This document shows positions 45,260-56,264 of a stretch of 64,000 nucleotides of DNA, piece after piece. Made by a program: the position numbers and the translations under genes. Positions within the stretch are counted from its first letter, which is position 1. The number at the start of each line of letters is the position of its first letter. A model generated the notes under the pieces. The model saw only the letters and a list, made by a program, of their open reading frames with translations, made no database searches and was not told the DNA's origin. The stretch comes from a bacterium (lineage in GTDB: Bacteria > Bacteroidota > Bacteroidia > Bacteroidales > Tannerellaceae), in contig CAVKMU010000005.1 of assembly GCA_963657455.1 (NCBI GenBank), forward strand, positions 23,949-87,948. The letters are read 5' to 3'.

Positions 45260-46576
45260 ATGAGCAAAATCGGACTAATCATCAAGCGCGAATACATTCA
45301 GCGAGTCAGTAAAAAATCATTTCTGCTGATAACCATTCTCACACCGTTTCTCGTTGCAGCCATAGTGTTTGTGCCGTTATGGCTATCCACCATTAAGAGC
45401 GATGAAGCCAAGAATATTGCAGTGATTGATACAACAAATCACTATGCGTCCCTCTTTACCGACACCCAAGAACTTCACTTTTTGACCGCCGATCGCGACC
45501 TAAGCCACTATCGGCAAGAGACGGATCGACAAATTGATGCAGTACTCTCCATCACCGGTGACCTGCTGCAACATCCCGAATCGGCAGTACTCTACTGTAA
45601 GAAGCAGATTCCGCTCAATATGAAAGGGGAGATTAACAGACAGTTGAAAGAGATGTTGCAAAAAGAGAAGATCGAGTCCTACAACATTCCTGAGCTGGAA
45701 AGGATCATCCATGAAAGCAAAGTGACGTTCGATGTCCAGACTGTCAAGTGGGATGAAAACGGACATGAAACCAATTCCTCGGCAGAAGCGATCTTGATCA
45801 TCGGACTGGTACTCTCAATGATGATCTACACGTTCATCACCATTTACGGCTCAATCGTAATGCATGGGGTAATGGAGGAGAAAACCAACCGAATCATAGA
45901 GATCATGATCTCGTCTGTCAAGCCATTCGACCTGATGCTGGGCAAGATTGCAGGAATTGGATTCGTTGGATTGACACAAGTTTTCCTTTGGGCAATAATG
46001 TTTGTTTTCTTCATCAATGGAAGCCTCCTGTTCTTTGGAGAGGCATCGCAAACGACAGAGCTGATGATGAATTCACAATTAGATCAGGTATCTACCCTGA
46101 CAGGAAGCGATGCTCTACCGGTAAATGACATCCAAATGCTATTGCAATCCATTCCTTTTGCCTCGATTGGGATCAACTTTATTCTTTATTTCATCGGTGG
46201 GTACTTGCTCTATTCCTCGCTCTTTGCTGCCATCGGCAGTGCAGTCAACCAACAAGAAGACGCACAACAGTTCATGATGCCCATGATGATTTTCATGATC
46301 TTCGCACTCTACACGGGTCTTTATAGCATAGAGAATCCTGACGGTCCGCTGGCCGTATGGTGTTCGTTCATACCTTTCACGTCGCCGATCGTCATGATGG
46401 TGCGCATGCCTTACGAGATTCCGGTTTGGCAAAACATGCTCTCTTTGATATTGCTCTACGGAACAGCGACAGGAGCCATATGGGTTTCAGGAAAAATCTA
46501 TCGAATTGGTATCCTGATGTATGGTAAAAAACCAAACTTCAAAGAGTTGATCCGTTGGATCGGCTACAAGGGATAG
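45260..46576 (+). CDS. ABC-2 type exporter permease (NatB/YhaP-like)
   Basis: EEKTNRIIEIMISS, GKIAGI, IPFTSPIVM; N-terminal TM, large loop, C-terminal TMs. Confidence 0.88.
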   Translation: MSKIGLIIKREYIQRVSKKSFLLITILTPFLVAAIVFVPLWLSTIKSDEAKNIAVIDTTNHYASLFTDTQELHFLTADRDLSHYRQETDRQIDAVLSITGDLLQHPESAVLYCKKQIPLNMKGEINRQLKEMLQKEKIESYNIPELERIIHESKVTFDVQTVKWDENGHETNSSAEAILIIGLVLSMMIYTFITIYGSIVMHGVMEEKTNRIIEIMISSVKPFDLMLGKIAGIGFVGLTQVFLWAIMFVFFINGSLLFFGEASQTTELMMNSQLDQVSTLTGSDALPVNDIQMLLQSIPFASIGINFILYFIGGYLLYSSLFAAIGSAVNQQEDAQQFMMPMMIFMIFALYTGLYSIENPDGPLAVWCSFIPFTSPIVMMVRMPYEIPVWQNMLSLILLYGTATGAIWVSGKIYRIGILMYGKKPNFKELIRWIGYKG

Positions 46577-46605
46577 CCGTATGAACCTTAACAAAAACAA
46601 GAATT

Positions 46606-47934
46606 ATGCACACACTTCTCAGCTATAAATCACTTTGGAAAATTGCCTACCCTATCATGTTGGGCAACTTGGCTCAAACATTGATTTCGATTACCGACAC
46701 GGCTTTCCTCGGGAGAGTCAGCAGCATCGCATTGGGAGCTGCCATGGTAGCCGGAATCTACTACTTTGTCTTCTCGACCATAGCATGGGGATTCGGTACA
46801 GGCATCCAGATTATGGTGGCCAGACGACTGGGTGAAGGTCGATACAAGCGCATTGGTGTGATCTTTCACCACGGATTGCTAACCGTAGGTGTGCTGGCTA
46901 TTTCTCTCTTTCTCTTTCAACATTATTTGACAGACTCCACATTGAAGTGGTTCATTCAATCGCCCAACATCTACGATGCTGCCATGGAATTCATGAAGTA
47001 TCGCCATTACGGGATCCTTTTTGTCTGCTTCAATTTCCTCTTTCGCTCGCTTTACATTGGGCTTTCGAATACACGATGTATCAGTTATACGACGATCGTC
47101 ATGGCGTGTGTCAACATCTTTTTGGACTACAGTTTGATATTCGGCCACTTCGGTTTGCCCAAGATGGGTATAGGAGGAGCCGCTATTGCTTCTGTTTGTG
47201 CGGAAGTTTCAGCACTTATTTTCTTCTTCGTCTACACTTTCATGCAATTGCCGCTGAAAAAATATGCCATGTTTGCCCGTCATAAAGTCGAGAATTGGTT
47301 GTTGAAACGGCTCTTGCGAATCTCTTTTCCGACCATGCTTCAGAAACTGGTGAGCTTCTCCATGTGGTTTCTTTTCTTTGTTTTGGTTGAACATCTGGGC
47401 GAACAACAGATTGCTGTCTCGGGGATTATCCGTAGTGTCTATATGTTGATCGGTATTCCGACCTTTGCATTTGGAGCAACAGCCAACACTTTGACCAGCA
47501 GACTGATCGGCGAAGGGAAAGAATCAATCGTACATGAAGCGCTATCGCGAATCCTTCGCCTCAGTTATATGTTACTGGCTCCTATTTTATTGGCGTGTAT
47601 GCTCTTTCCTCATGAGGTATTGTCTGTTTATACGGAAGACATGGCACTTGTTTCATCAGCCATTCCTTCGCTCTATGTCATTTGTTTAGGTGTAGCAGCC
47701 ATGAGCTTTGGCCTTGTTTATTTCGAGGCCGTTTCAGGAACAGGCAATACTACCACGGCTCTGTTTTTAGAGATCATCGTGCAGTTCGTCTATGTTTTTG
47801 TCATTTGGTTCTTCGCCGTCCATATGCATGCCCCGGTAGCTTACGTGTGGCTTAGCGAATTTACCTACGGAGCCTGCATTGGTATTGTCTCATTCATTTA
47901 CTTGAAGCGGGCACATTGGCAGAAGATACTATGA
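46606..47934 (+). CDS. MATE family efflux transporter
   Basis: AYPIML, DTAFLGR, NIFLDY.LIFG.FGLPKMGIGGAAIAS. Confidence 0.92.
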   Translation: MHTLLSYKSLWKIAYPIMLGNLAQTLISITDTAFLGRVSSIALGAAMVAGIYYFVFSTIAWGFGTGIQIMVARRLGEGRYKRIGVIFHHGLLTVGVLAISLFLFQHYLTDSTLKWFIQSPNIYDAAMEFMKYRHYGILFVCFNFLFRSLYIGLSNTRCISYTTIVMACVNIFLDYSLIFGHFGLPKMGIGGAAIASVCAEVSALIFFFVYTFMQLPLKKYAMFARHKVENWLLKRLLRISFPTMLQKLVSFSMWFLFFVLVEHLGEQQIAVSGIIRSVYMLIGIPTFAFGATANTLTSRLIGEGKESIVHEALSRILRLSYMLLAPILLACMLFPHEVLSVYTEDMALVSSAIPSLYVICLGVAAMSFGLVYFEAVSGTGNTTTALFLEIIVQFVYVFVIWFFAVHMHAPVAYVWLSEFTYGACIGIVSFIYLKRAHWQKIL

Positions 47935-47955
47935 ATTGTTTCCCCTTTGAAGTGC

Positions 47956-47996
47956 AAAAAAGAAGCATTGCCGAGAAACAACACTCCGGCAATGCT
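47956..47996. terminator. hairpin between convergent MATE and ECF-operon genes
   Basis: AGCATTGCCG / CGGCAATGCT with an upstream A run. Confidence 0.7.
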
Positions 47997-48036
47997 CTAA
48001 CAAATGTGTAAAATATGGTGATTAACAAAGAGGTTT

Positions 48037-49107
48037 TCAATAGGCTTTAATGGTGAGCGAACCATACTTTCCACCGTCGAATTCAATACGACGACTACCA
48101 CCACCATTGAATTCCGCCGTGACCTCTTCCTCTTTTTTCTCGTACTTTGTTTTATTCAATGACGAGTCGATTTTACAGTCACCGTATTTCAATCCCGTAG
48201 CGTATAGCTTCATCGCAGAATGCTTGGGGACATTGACGGTCAGATTGCCGTAATGCGATTCCGACTTGATCGATTCGAAATTCTCATCCACTTCCGAAAT
48301 CTTGATGTCAGTATAGCTCTGATTGTCACAATCGAAGCTCTTCAACAAGCGTTCAATCGCCACTTCTCCGTAACGGATTTCCAATTCCAAGTCGGTCACT
48401 TGGTCGATTTTTACTTTTCCATACGAACATTCCATATCCGCCTCGTTCACTTCGCCCAACGAAAGGTCCGAATAGGCTGATTCGAGATGGAGGTTGGTAG
48501 CTTTTCCGATCGTCATCTTTCCGGTATATTTCAGCGAAAGACGGGCTTCATTCACCTCACTGAGCTGAAGATTTCCATAGCGCAAATCCACATTCACCGG
48601 CTGAGTGAACACCCCGCCCTCGATGTTTCCATACTTCACGGTACAAGAACACTGTCCATTGTTGGATGTTTTGGGCAATAGGATATTGCCATACGACTGG
48701 GTCAAGTCGAGATGTATCCAATCGGGCATACTCACATAATAGTGAATTGAAAGACTCGAATTACGAATCTGCGAGAAGTTAGTCTCCGTCTTGGCCATGA
48801 TTCGCGTTTCCGTCTGCGCAAAACGGACATTGATCCGATCCAAATTGGCCTGGGCATCACTCTCATTGCGTGCTTTCGATTCGACCACTACCCGCATGGC
48901 CACCTCTGATTTGCTCCAATGTGTGATCGTAATGGAGCCATACCGATTGTCAATCGCCAAGGTATTGCCGGGCTGTACAGCATACGACTGGTTGTATTCT
49001 TTCTTTCGTACGACCTCCATCTCGCCGGCCATCGACGAAAAGATAAAAGAGAAGGCAAGAAGTAGCGATAATATAGTCCATCGCCAAGAAGTTGATTCCT
49101 TTTTCAT
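48037..49107 (-). CDS. exported beta-repeat protein (DUF4097/adhesin-like)
   Basis: Signal peptide; repeated YG[N/S/K/E] beta-strand motif about every 20 aa; third gene of the ECF operon. Confidence 0.65.
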   Translation of the reverse strand: MKKESTSWRWTILSLLLAFSFIFSSMAGEMEVVRKKEYNQSYAVQPGNTLAIDNRYGSITITHWSKSEVAMRVVVESKARNESDAQANLDRINVRFAQTETRIMAKTETNFSQIRNSSLSIHYYVSMPDWIHLDLTQSYGNILLPKTSNNGQCSCTVKYGNIEGGVFTQPVNVDLRYGNLQLSEVNEARLSLKYTGKMTIGKATNLHLESAYSDLSLGEVNEADMECSYGKVKIDQVTDLELEIRYGEVAIERLLKSFDCDNQSYTDIKISEVDENFESIKSESHYGNLTVNVPKHSAMKLYATGLKYGDCKIDSSLNKTKYEKKEEEVTAEFNGGGSRRIEFDGGKYGSLTIKAY

Positions 49108-49126
49108 ATCTAACAATGTTTTTAGT

Positions 49127-49690
49127 TTATAACATTTTTAGTTTATACCATTGTCTGTAAATCCGTTGCATACTATTCAAACTATTGGAATATTGCTGAT
49201 TAACCACCTGTATTCCATCTTCCGTGCAGGGCAACGTCGGAGCCACTTCGGCATCGAACTGCTCGCATGTCAAGCGAATTTTCTTACCTGCTTCAAGCAG
49301 TCCGGCCAAAGCAAGGTTGGATTCGTCTCTCTTATCGTCTTCCATTCGCATCAACAACTCGTCCATTTGCATACGATAATAGATTTGAAGTTCGTCCATC
49401 TCCGTATGCATTGCGCAAACGTTTAACGTTTCTGTATTCTTATTTAGCTGATTATCATACATTATGTAAAACAGAACTCCGGCTAAAAGCGCCGCAATCG
49501 GCACCGCCATCCATCGCCAAAAACGAGGCTTTGAAGCAGATCGCAATGTTTCATTGACGACAGTTGCAGACGCTGCCCCCTTCTCCATTTCATCCAACTT
49601 CGTCATGAAGCGTGAGAGATGGCCTTCCGGCAACTCTTCCACGTCGAACAACGTTTTATTTCCCGATATAAATGACTTTAATTTATCCAT
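49127..49690 (-). CDS. putative single-pass anti-sigma factor
   Basis: N-terminal P.GH..RF motif, one TM segment, helical C-terminus; overlaps the sigma gene stop. Confidence 0.65.
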   Translation of the reverse strand: MDKLKSFISGNKTLFDVEELPEGHLSRFMTKLDEMEKGAASATVVNETLRSASKPRFWRWMAVPIAALLAGVLFYIMYDNQLNKNTETLNVCAMHTEMDELQIYYRMQMDELLMRMEDDKRDESNLALAGLLEAGKKIRLTCEQFDAEVAPTLPCTEDGIQVVNQQYSNSLNSMQRIYRQWYKLKML

Positions 49691-50219
49691 TTTTTTGATG
49701 TAAAATGTTCAACAATTTTTGTTTGCCGCGTAGGTATTGCGAACGTACGCTGGCCGGTTTCAAATGCAAGATGGAAGCAATCTCTTCCATGTCGTATCCT
49801 TCAAACAGATAGAGCGAAAGCACCACCCGATAGCCGGCAGCCAACTCGACAAGCGCCTTTCGAACAGTTTCCACCTGCAAGTGAATATCTTCTTCGTCCG
49901 CCTCTTCATCGTCATCCAGTAGCGGGTAGTTGTCCGGCAACTCTTCCCACTCCTCTTTCTTTCGACGAAGAGCATCGATGGCTACATGAACGGCTACTTG
50001 TTTCAGCCACCCCTCGAACACGCCGCCTTCGTAGCGTGCCATCGAAGCGAATGCTTTCAGAAAAGCATCTTGCATGGCCTCTTCCGCATCAGCCGGATTG
50101 CCGACAATCCGAAGACAAATGTTATAGAGCCATTTCGCATAGCGCCTATACAACGCCACTTGCGAAGCCCGTTCCCCTTTGCGGCAACCTTCGATTATTT
50201 GCTGAAGTATCTCGTCCAT
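49683..50219 (-). CDS. ECF RNA polymerase sigma factor
   Basis: DAEEAMQDAFLK, FEGWL, region 4 EGYDMEEIA..ASVRSQY.RGK; start moved to ATG 50219. Confidence 0.93.
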   Translation of the reverse strand: MDEILQQIIEGCRKGERASQVALYRRYAKWLYNICLRIVGNPADAEEAMQDAFLKAFASMARYEGGVFEGWLKQVAVHVAIDALRRKKEEWEELPDNYPLLDDDEEADEEDIHLQVETVRKALVELAAGYRVVLSLYLFEGYDMEEIASILHLKPASVRSQYLRGKQKLLNILHQKNG

Positions 50220-50263
50220 CGTCTGACTGTTCCTCACCTTTCGGTTATCTGTTTGTCTATATT

Positions 50264-50296
50264 GACGTGCATAGAAAACAAAAGGTTGCAAATTTA
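50264..50296 (-). promoter_or_regulatory. candidate ECF-type promoter overlapping a housekeeping -7 box
   Basis: Minus strand reads TAAATTTG, then GCAACC-N16-CGTC, upstream of the ECF gene. Confidence 0.55.
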
Positions 50297-50471
50297 TGCC
50301 TTTTTTCTTTCAGAAAAGCAAGTTCAAAACACCCCATATACAGCCATAACTCATTACTTGTAAAGGCATTATAACCTTTGTAGACGACATAAATATTTTG
50401 TTCCATCCATACTCTATATTTTGTTTCCTCAACACCCCGTTTTTTTTCAAGCACAACGGCAGAAAAAATCA

Positions 50472-50544
50472 TCGGGTATTTTTTCAAAAAAGGTGCCGAG
50501 CTTTTTCAAAAATGTTCGGGAGCTTTTTTTTCAACAAACGAGTA
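50472..50544. repeat. 22-bp lattice repeat array H (A/T-tract linkers)
   Basis: Cores 50472 TCGGGTA, 50493 GTGCCGA, 50516 TCGGGAG, 50538 ACGAGTA (21/23/22); shares AAAAAGGT[T/G]CCGAGCTTTTTC with array G. Confidence 0.8.
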
Positions 50545-50725
50545 TATAGTCTATCCCTCTTTTTTGATTTCTTACAAGTATCCTCAATGGAATGCTAAAA
50601 AATGCGACATATGGCCAAAAAATTTGGATATTTGAAAAGAAATGCCGAATATTGTGTGACAATTCTGTTACATTCATACGACAGACGGGCAGAATAAGAA
50701 AAACAATGTACATACCTAAAAACAC

Positions 50726-51262
50726 ATGAATATTTTAGTGATCACCGGAAGTCCGCATAAAAAAGGAACTTCCGCTCTATTGGCAGACAAATTTATTGAA
50801 GGAGCAACCGAGGCAGGGCACACTGTCTTTCGGTTCGATACCATATTCCATGTGACGCAACCCTGTTTGGCTTGCAACTATTGCCGACGCAATGCGGGGC
50901 GATGTATCCAAGAAGATGACATGGAAGTGATGTGGGAAAAACTTATTGCTGCAGATGTAGTGGTACTCGTCACACCACTCTATTACTTTGGTATGTCAGC
51001 CCAGCTGAAAAAAGTCGTTGACCGCTTCTATGCCATCAACGACAAACTGCGAGATCATCCCAAGAAATCCATGTTGTTGGCTACTTGTGCCGATGAAGAA
51101 GAGGCGTTCGATGCCCTCAAAGCTCACTACAAAGCTATCTGCCATTACCTTCATTGGGAAGATTGCGGACAGGTATTGGCCCACTCGTCAGCTACTCGTG
51201 AGATGATCGAGGCAACAAGCTTTCCGGAGCGAGCCTATACCCTCGGCAAACATCTGCGGTAA
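50726..51262 (+). CDS. flavodoxin-fold iron-sulfur flavoprotein / NADPH-dependent FMN reductase family
   Basis: GSPHKKGTS, CLACNYC...C, TPLYYFGMSAQLK..DR. Confidence 0.88.
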   Translation: MNILVITGSPHKKGTSALLADKFIEGATEAGHTVFRFDTIFHVTQPCLACNYCRRNAGRCIQEDDMEVMWEKLIAADVVVLVTPLYYFGMSAQLKKVVDRFYAINDKLRDHPKKSMLLATCADEEEAFDALKAHYKAICHYLHWEDCGQVLAHSSATREMIEATSFPERAYTLGKHLR

Positions 51263-51389
51263 ACAGTCCGCACCCTTGCCTCCTATTTCGGAGGCGATAA
51301 AAAATAAATTGATTCAAATTGTCAAATGCAACTTGACTGAACCGGTTATTTTTTGTAGATTTGTCATATAATTCAAAAACAAGAAAAGT

Positions 51390-51851
51390 ATGGCATTGCA
51401 AATTGGAGACAAAGTTCCGGAATTATTAGGGACAGACCAAAACGGCAACCCGATCAAGACAAGCGACTTTCTCGGGAAAAAACTCGTGCTCTACTTCTAT
51501 CCCAAAGACAACACGGCGGGATGTACGGCCGAAGCTTGTAGCCTCCGCGACGGATACAATCAGCTAAAAGAAGCCGGATATGAAGTAGTGGGCGTAAGCA
51601 AAGACAGTGCTAAATCGCACCAAAACTTTATCGCGAAACAGCAACTACCCTTCGCTTTGATAGCCGATACGGAAACATCCTTGCAACAAACATTCGGGGT
51701 TTGGGCAGAGAAAAAACTGTATGGCAAAAGCTACATGGGGACACTACGGACCACTTTCATTATCGATGAACAAGGGATTATCCAACAAATCATCGGACCG
51801 AAAGAGGTGAAAACGAAAGATCATGCAAACCAAATACTCAATCATAAATAA
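51390..51851 (+). CDS. bcp: thioredoxin-dependent thiol peroxidase Bcp
   Basis: [31 protein letters not shown] box at 51356-51363. Confidence 0.93.
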   Translation: MALQIGDKVPELLGTDQNGNPIKTSDFLGKKLVLYFYPKDNTAGCTAEACSLRDGYNQLKEAGYEVVGVSKDSAKSHQNFIAKQQLPFALIADTETSLQQTFGVWAEKKLYGKSYMGTLRTTFIIDEQGIIQQIIGPKEVKTKDHANQILNHK

Positions 51852-52897
51852 TGGCAAAGGAAGACAACTTATTTGAAGAGCAAGCTCAAAGCGCATCAGC
51901 AAAACCGGCAGTCAATGCAGACAAGTTGAAAGCATTGCGCGCTGCGATGGAAAAAATAGAGAAAAACTATGGCAAAGGATCCATCATGAAGCTGGGCGAA
52001 GAGAATATAGAGAATATAGAAGTAATACCTACCGGCTCCATCGCCTTGGATGCCGCGCTGGGAGTAGGCGGCTATCCCAAGGGACGTATCATCGAAATCT
52101 ACGGTCCGGAGTCATCCGGTAAAACAACATTGGCCATCCACGCCATTGCCGAAGCGCAGAAGCAAGGCGGTATCGCGGCTTTTATCGATGCAGAACATGC
52201 CTTCGACCGCTTCTACGCCGAGAAGTTGGGGGTCGATGTGGACAATCTTTGGATCTCGCAACCGGACACGGGCGAGCAAGCTCTTGAGATCGCTGAGCAA
52301 CTGATCCGCTCATCGGCAATCGATATTATCGTGATCGACTCAGTAGCAGCCTTGACACCTAAAGCAGAAATTGAGGGCGACATGGGCGACAGCAAGATGG
52401 GTTTGCAAGCAAGATTGATGTCGCAAGCGTTGCGAAAACTGACGGCAGCCATCAGCAAGACCAATACTACTTGCATTTTCATCAATCAGTTGCGCGACAA
52501 GCTCGGTATCGTATTCGGCAATCCTGAGACAACTACCGGTGGTAATGCGCTGAAGTTCTACGCTTCTGTCCGTTTGGACATCCGCCGTATCGGCCAATTG
52601 AAAGATGGCGATGAGGTAAAGGGAAATCAAGTCCGCGTGAAAGTGGTAAAAAACAAGGTGGCACCTCCATTCCGCAAAGCAGAATTCGACATTATGTTTG
52701 GCGAAGGAATCTCTCGTTCGGGCGAGATCATTGATTTGGGAACCAACCTGAATATCATCAAAAAGAGCGGATCATGGTATAGCTACAACGACTCGAAGCT
52801 GGGTCAAGGACGTGATGCAGCGAAACAATGTATTGCCGACAACCCTGAGTTGGCCGAGGAATTGGCTCAACTGATCTTCGACGCGCTTAAAGGATAA
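51851..52897 (+). CDS. recA: recombinase RecA
   Basis: [40 protein letters not shown]. Confidence 0.99.
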   Translation: MAKEDNLFEEQAQSASAKPAVNADKLKALRAAMEKIEKNYGKGSIMKLGEENIENIEVIPTGSIALDAALGVGGYPKGRIIEIYGPESSGKTTLAIHAIAEAQKQGGIAAFIDAEHAFDRFYAEKLGVDVDNLWISQPDTGEQALEIAEQLIRSSAIDIIVIDSVAALTPKAEIEGDMGDSKMGLQARLMSQALRKLTAAISKTNTTCIFINQLRDKLGIVFGNPETTTGGNALKFYASVRLDIRRIGQLKDGDEVKGNQVRVKVVKNKVAPPFRKAEFDIMFGEGISRSGEIIDLGTNLNIIKKSGSWYSYNDSKLGQGRDAAKQCIADNPELAEELAQLIFDALKG

Positions 52898-52904
52898 TTG
52901 CTCT

Positions 52905-53864
52905 ATGCGCTCACAGGAGGACTATCGCAAGCTATGTCAGTCGGAAGAATCGATACCGTTATTCTCTCGCGACTGGTGGCTGGATATTGTCTGTGGCGAA
53001 AAAAACTGGGATGCACGGCTGCTGTACTCCTCCACCGGAGAGATTATGGCAGCCATGCCACTCTTTATTCCCTTAAGGGGAACCGTCATCATGCCTTTCT
53101 ATACGCAGACAATGGGTCCGTGGTTGCGTGAATCGGCTGCCGACCAAAAGGCTGTCAGTCGGTTGGCACAACGGCAAATGTTGCTCTGTAAATTAGTGGC
53201 AGAGTTGAAAGATATCCCGACATTCCTCCAAAATTTTCACTATGCGATCACCGACTGGCTACCATTTTATTGGGAAGGCTACCGGCAAACCACACGATAC
53301 ACCTACCTGCTCGACGAGATCAAAAATCACGAACGAGTGTGGGATGAGATGGCAACTAACGTCAGACGGAACATTTTGAAAGCTAAAGAGAAGCATCAGA
53401 TCACTATTCGCCGGGGCATACCGGCCGATGAGTTGATCCGCATTCAAGCAATGTCGTTCGAACGGCAGCGACTGATGCCGAAAGGATCCTCCGTCCTTCG
53501 TCAATTGATCGAGATCTCCCGCCAACGACAACAGGGAGATGTATGGGGAGCTTACGATCGTGATGGGAATTTACATGCAGCGGTATTTGTGGTGTGGCAA
53601 TCTTCTTCCGCCTATTATATTGCAGGAGGTGGAGATCCTACCCTACGCGCTTCCGGCGCACACAGCTGGGTGATGTGGCAAGCCATTCAAGACGTATCGG
53701 CCTATACGGACAGATTCGATTTCGAAGGTTCGATGCTTCCGGGAGTAGAACGTTTCTTCCGCGAGTTTGGTGCCCGACAAACGCCCTACTTTTCCATACA
53801 GAAAGGTAAACTTTCGTTATGTAAACGAGCTTTCATCAAGTGGAAGCGAATTAAAAACAGTTGA
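52905..53864 (+). CDS. GNAT/FemAB-like acyl- or aminoacyltransferase
   Basis: PLFSRDWWLD, TTRYTY, RRNI.KA, FDFEGSM..GVERFFREFGA. Confidence 0.75.
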   Translation: MRSQEDYRKLCQSEESIPLFSRDWWLDIVCGEKNWDARLLYSSTGEIMAAMPLFIPLRGTVIMPFYTQTMGPWLRESAADQKAVSRLAQRQMLLCKLVAELKDIPTFLQNFHYAITDWLPFYWEGYRQTTRYTYLLDEIKNHERVWDEMATNVRRNILKAKEKHQITIRRGIPADELIRIQAMSFERQRLMPKGSSVLRQLIEISRQRQQGDVWGAYDRDGNLHAAVFVVWQSSSAYYIAGGGDPTLRASGAHSWVMWQAIQDVSAYTDRFDFEGSMLPGVERFFREFGARQTPYFSIQKGKLSLCKRAFIKWKRIKNS

Positions 53865-53883
53865 CAGTAAAGAATTTTGCAAG

Positions 53884-55182
53884 ATGGATCAGATTGTCAC
53901 TTATATACTAACATTTTTATTGGGGGTAGACCGTGCGATGAATTATGCAAGCATGATCGGCTATACCTCTAACCCGAATCTGTTCTCGAAGTATAAGGTT
54001 GTCATTATTCCATCTCGTTTTTTTGATATTGATATCTATGGAACGCCCGAATCATTGCCGAGGCTTCCATTAATGGAATTGAACAAGATTCCGTTCCTCT
54101 ACGGATCACCCCGCGAAGATATGCACGGAAACACGTTGTTGCTTTATGCCGATCTCATTGCCAGCAGCTATTTTTTGATGACGCGCTACGAAGAGATTCA
54201 GAAACGAGCTGTCCGTGACAAGTACGGAAGATTCCCGGGAAAAGAGTCGTTGCCCTATAAAGCCGGATTCATTCATCGGCCAATCATAGAGGAATATGGT
54301 AAGTTATTGCGTGAACGATTGCGAAAAGTGGGGGTTGTCATCGGAGAACCCAACCCCGGTTTCAGCAAGATATGGTTGACACATGACGTAGATGCCCCAT
54401 TCTATTGCCGTTCATTGCGCAATCTTTGTCGGGAAACCATCAAAGGAGAGGGATTCTTGAAAGCAATAAAATACTATACCGGCTCTTTGACTAACGATCC
54501 TTATTACACTTTTCCCTGGATTTTGGAAGAGAATCAGAAGGTAAAAGAGATCCGACAAGAGCGATGCCAAACGGTGTTCTTCCTCAAAGTAGGTGGAAGA
54601 TCGCACTACGATCGGCCGCATTACAAGCGTTGGGAGACCGATACGAAGCAGATGTTGCACCTCATGTGCGACAACGGGGCTGACTTTGGCTTGCATAGCA
54701 GTTTCGAAGCAAGCGAACAACCATCCCTCATCCCGGAGGAGAAAAGAATTCTCGATCATGAATGGGGCATGGAAAGTGTCACAAAAAACCGCCATCATTT
54801 CCTCCGTTTGCGTGAACCAGAAGACTTCGACAAGTTGATCAAATCGGGGATAACGGAAGACTTTACAATGGGTTATGCCGACGTGGCCGGCTTCCGTTTA
54901 GGCACTTGCAAGGCTGTTCGGTGGATCAATCCAATGACTCGACAACTGACGTCGTTGACACTCCACCCGTTGACGGTCATGGATTGTACGCTAAGTGATC
55001 CACAATATATGAATCTATCCTATGTAGAAGCCTTGACCTACTGCATTTCGCTCCTCAAAAGAGTTCGTGAAGTGGGTGGGGAAGTGGTAACTTTATGGCA
55101 CAACACCTCATTTGCCACCAATAATCCTTGCTCCTATCACCGCCATCTTTACACCTTACTGCTTAAAGAATTGACGATATGA
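53884..55182 (+). CDS. polysaccharide deacetylase-like protein
   Basis: LTHDVD, GLHSS, RHHFLR, DFTMGY, GFRLGT, PLTVMD, LWHN; start moved to ATG 53884. Confidence 0.78.
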   Translation: MDQIVTYILTFLLGVDRAMNYASMIGYTSNPNLFSKYKVVIIPSRFFDIDIYGTPESLPRLPLMELNKIPFLYGSPREDMHGNTLLLYADLIASSYFLMTRYEEIQKRAVRDKYGRFPGKESLPYKAGFIHRPIIEEYGKLLRERLRKVGVVIGEPNPGFSKIWLTHDVDAPFYCRSLRNLCRETIKGEGFLKAIKYYTGSLTNDPYYTFPWILEENQKVKEIRQERCQTVFFLKVGGRSHYDRPHYKRWETDTKQMLHLMCDNGADFGLHSSFEASEQPSLIPEEKRILDHEWGMESVTKNRHHFLRLREPEDFDKLIKSGITEDFTMGYADVAGFRLGTCKAVRWINPMTRQLTSLTLHPLTVMDCTLSDPQYMNLSYVEALTYCISLLKRVREVGGEVVTLWHNTSFATNNPCSYHRHLYTLLLKELTI

Positions 55183-56264
55183 AACGAATAATAACGATAG
55201 TCGGGGCACGGCCTCAGTTTGTTAAAGCGGCCATGCTTAGCCGAGCCATCTCAGAAGCCAACGGAAAAGAACCCCGAATTGAAGAAAAATTGATTCACAC
55301 AGGACAACATTACGACGAAAACATGAGTCAGATTTTCTTCTCAGAGATGGGAATCCTCCGACCGACTTGGCAACTGCATTGCGGAAACCATTCACACGGA
55401 GCCATGACAGGGCAGATGTTGATGGACATTGAACAGATTCTTTTGGAGAATCGACCTGACTATGTAGTCGTTTATGGTGATACCAATTCCACCTTGGCCG
55501 GAGCATTGGCGGCAGCCAAGTTACATATTCCGGTCGTTCATATCGAAGCCGGTCTGAGAAGTTTCAACAAAGAGATGCCCGAAGAGATCAACCGTATCCT
55601 GACCGATCACGTAGCAACGCTGCTTTGTTGTCCAACACAAACAGCCGTAGAGAACCTACAAAAAGAGAACATTACGGAAGGTGTGCATCAAGTGGGCGAC
55701 ATCATGTTCGATGCAGCCCTGGCTTTCGGTCAAGAAGCAGAGAAACACTCTTCCATTTTGCAGTCGCTCAATCTGCAACCGAAAACGTTCTTGCTCTGCA
55801 CTGTCCATCGGGCAGAGAACACTGATAGTCGAGAACGGCTGACATCCATCTGCCGGGCCTTGATGAAGATTGCAGACGGTGGCGATCGAATCATCCTTCC
55901 GTTGCATCCCCGTACCAAACGTTTTTTAGAGATGTACGAATTGATCGGAGACTTACAACGCCATCCTCGGATCTGTTTCACTGAGCCATTAGGTTTTTTG
56001 GACATGGTTATGTTGGAGAAATCGGCCAAGACGATATTAACTGATTCGGGAGGTGTGCAAAAAGAAGCCTATTTTCATCGGACACCCTGCATTACACTTC
56101 GAGAAGAGACGGAATGGATTGAAACAATCACCGCCGGATGGAATCAGTTGGCAGGTTATCAAACAGAAAAAATAGTGAACTGTTTGACGACACACCCCGA
56201 ACGAAAAGAGATTTATGAATATGGCGATGGAAACACCGCCCGCAAGATATTAGCATTGTTATGA
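55179..56264 (+). CDS. wecB: UDP-N-acetylglucosamine 2-epimerase (non-hydrolysing) family
   Basis: GARPQFVK, HTGQHYD, GDTNST, HIEAGLRS, PEEINR, TDSGGVQKEA. Confidence 0.92.
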   Translation: MKRIITIVGARPQFVKAAMLSRAISEANGKEPRIEEKLIHTGQHYDENMSQIFFSEMGILRPTWQLHCGNHSHGAMTGQMLMDIEQILLENRPDYVVVYGDTNSTLAGALAAAKLHIPVVHIEAGLRSFNKEMPEEINRILTDHVATLLCCPTQTAVENLQKENITEGVHQVGDIMFDAALAFGQEAEKHSSILQSLNLQPKTFLLCTVHRAENTDSRERLTSICRALMKIADGGDRIILPLHPRTKRFLEMYELIGDLQRHPRICFTEPLGFLDMVMLEKSAKTILTDSGGVQKEAYFHRTPCITLREETEWIETITAGWNQLAGYQTEKIVNCLTTHPERKEIYEYGDGNTARKILALL

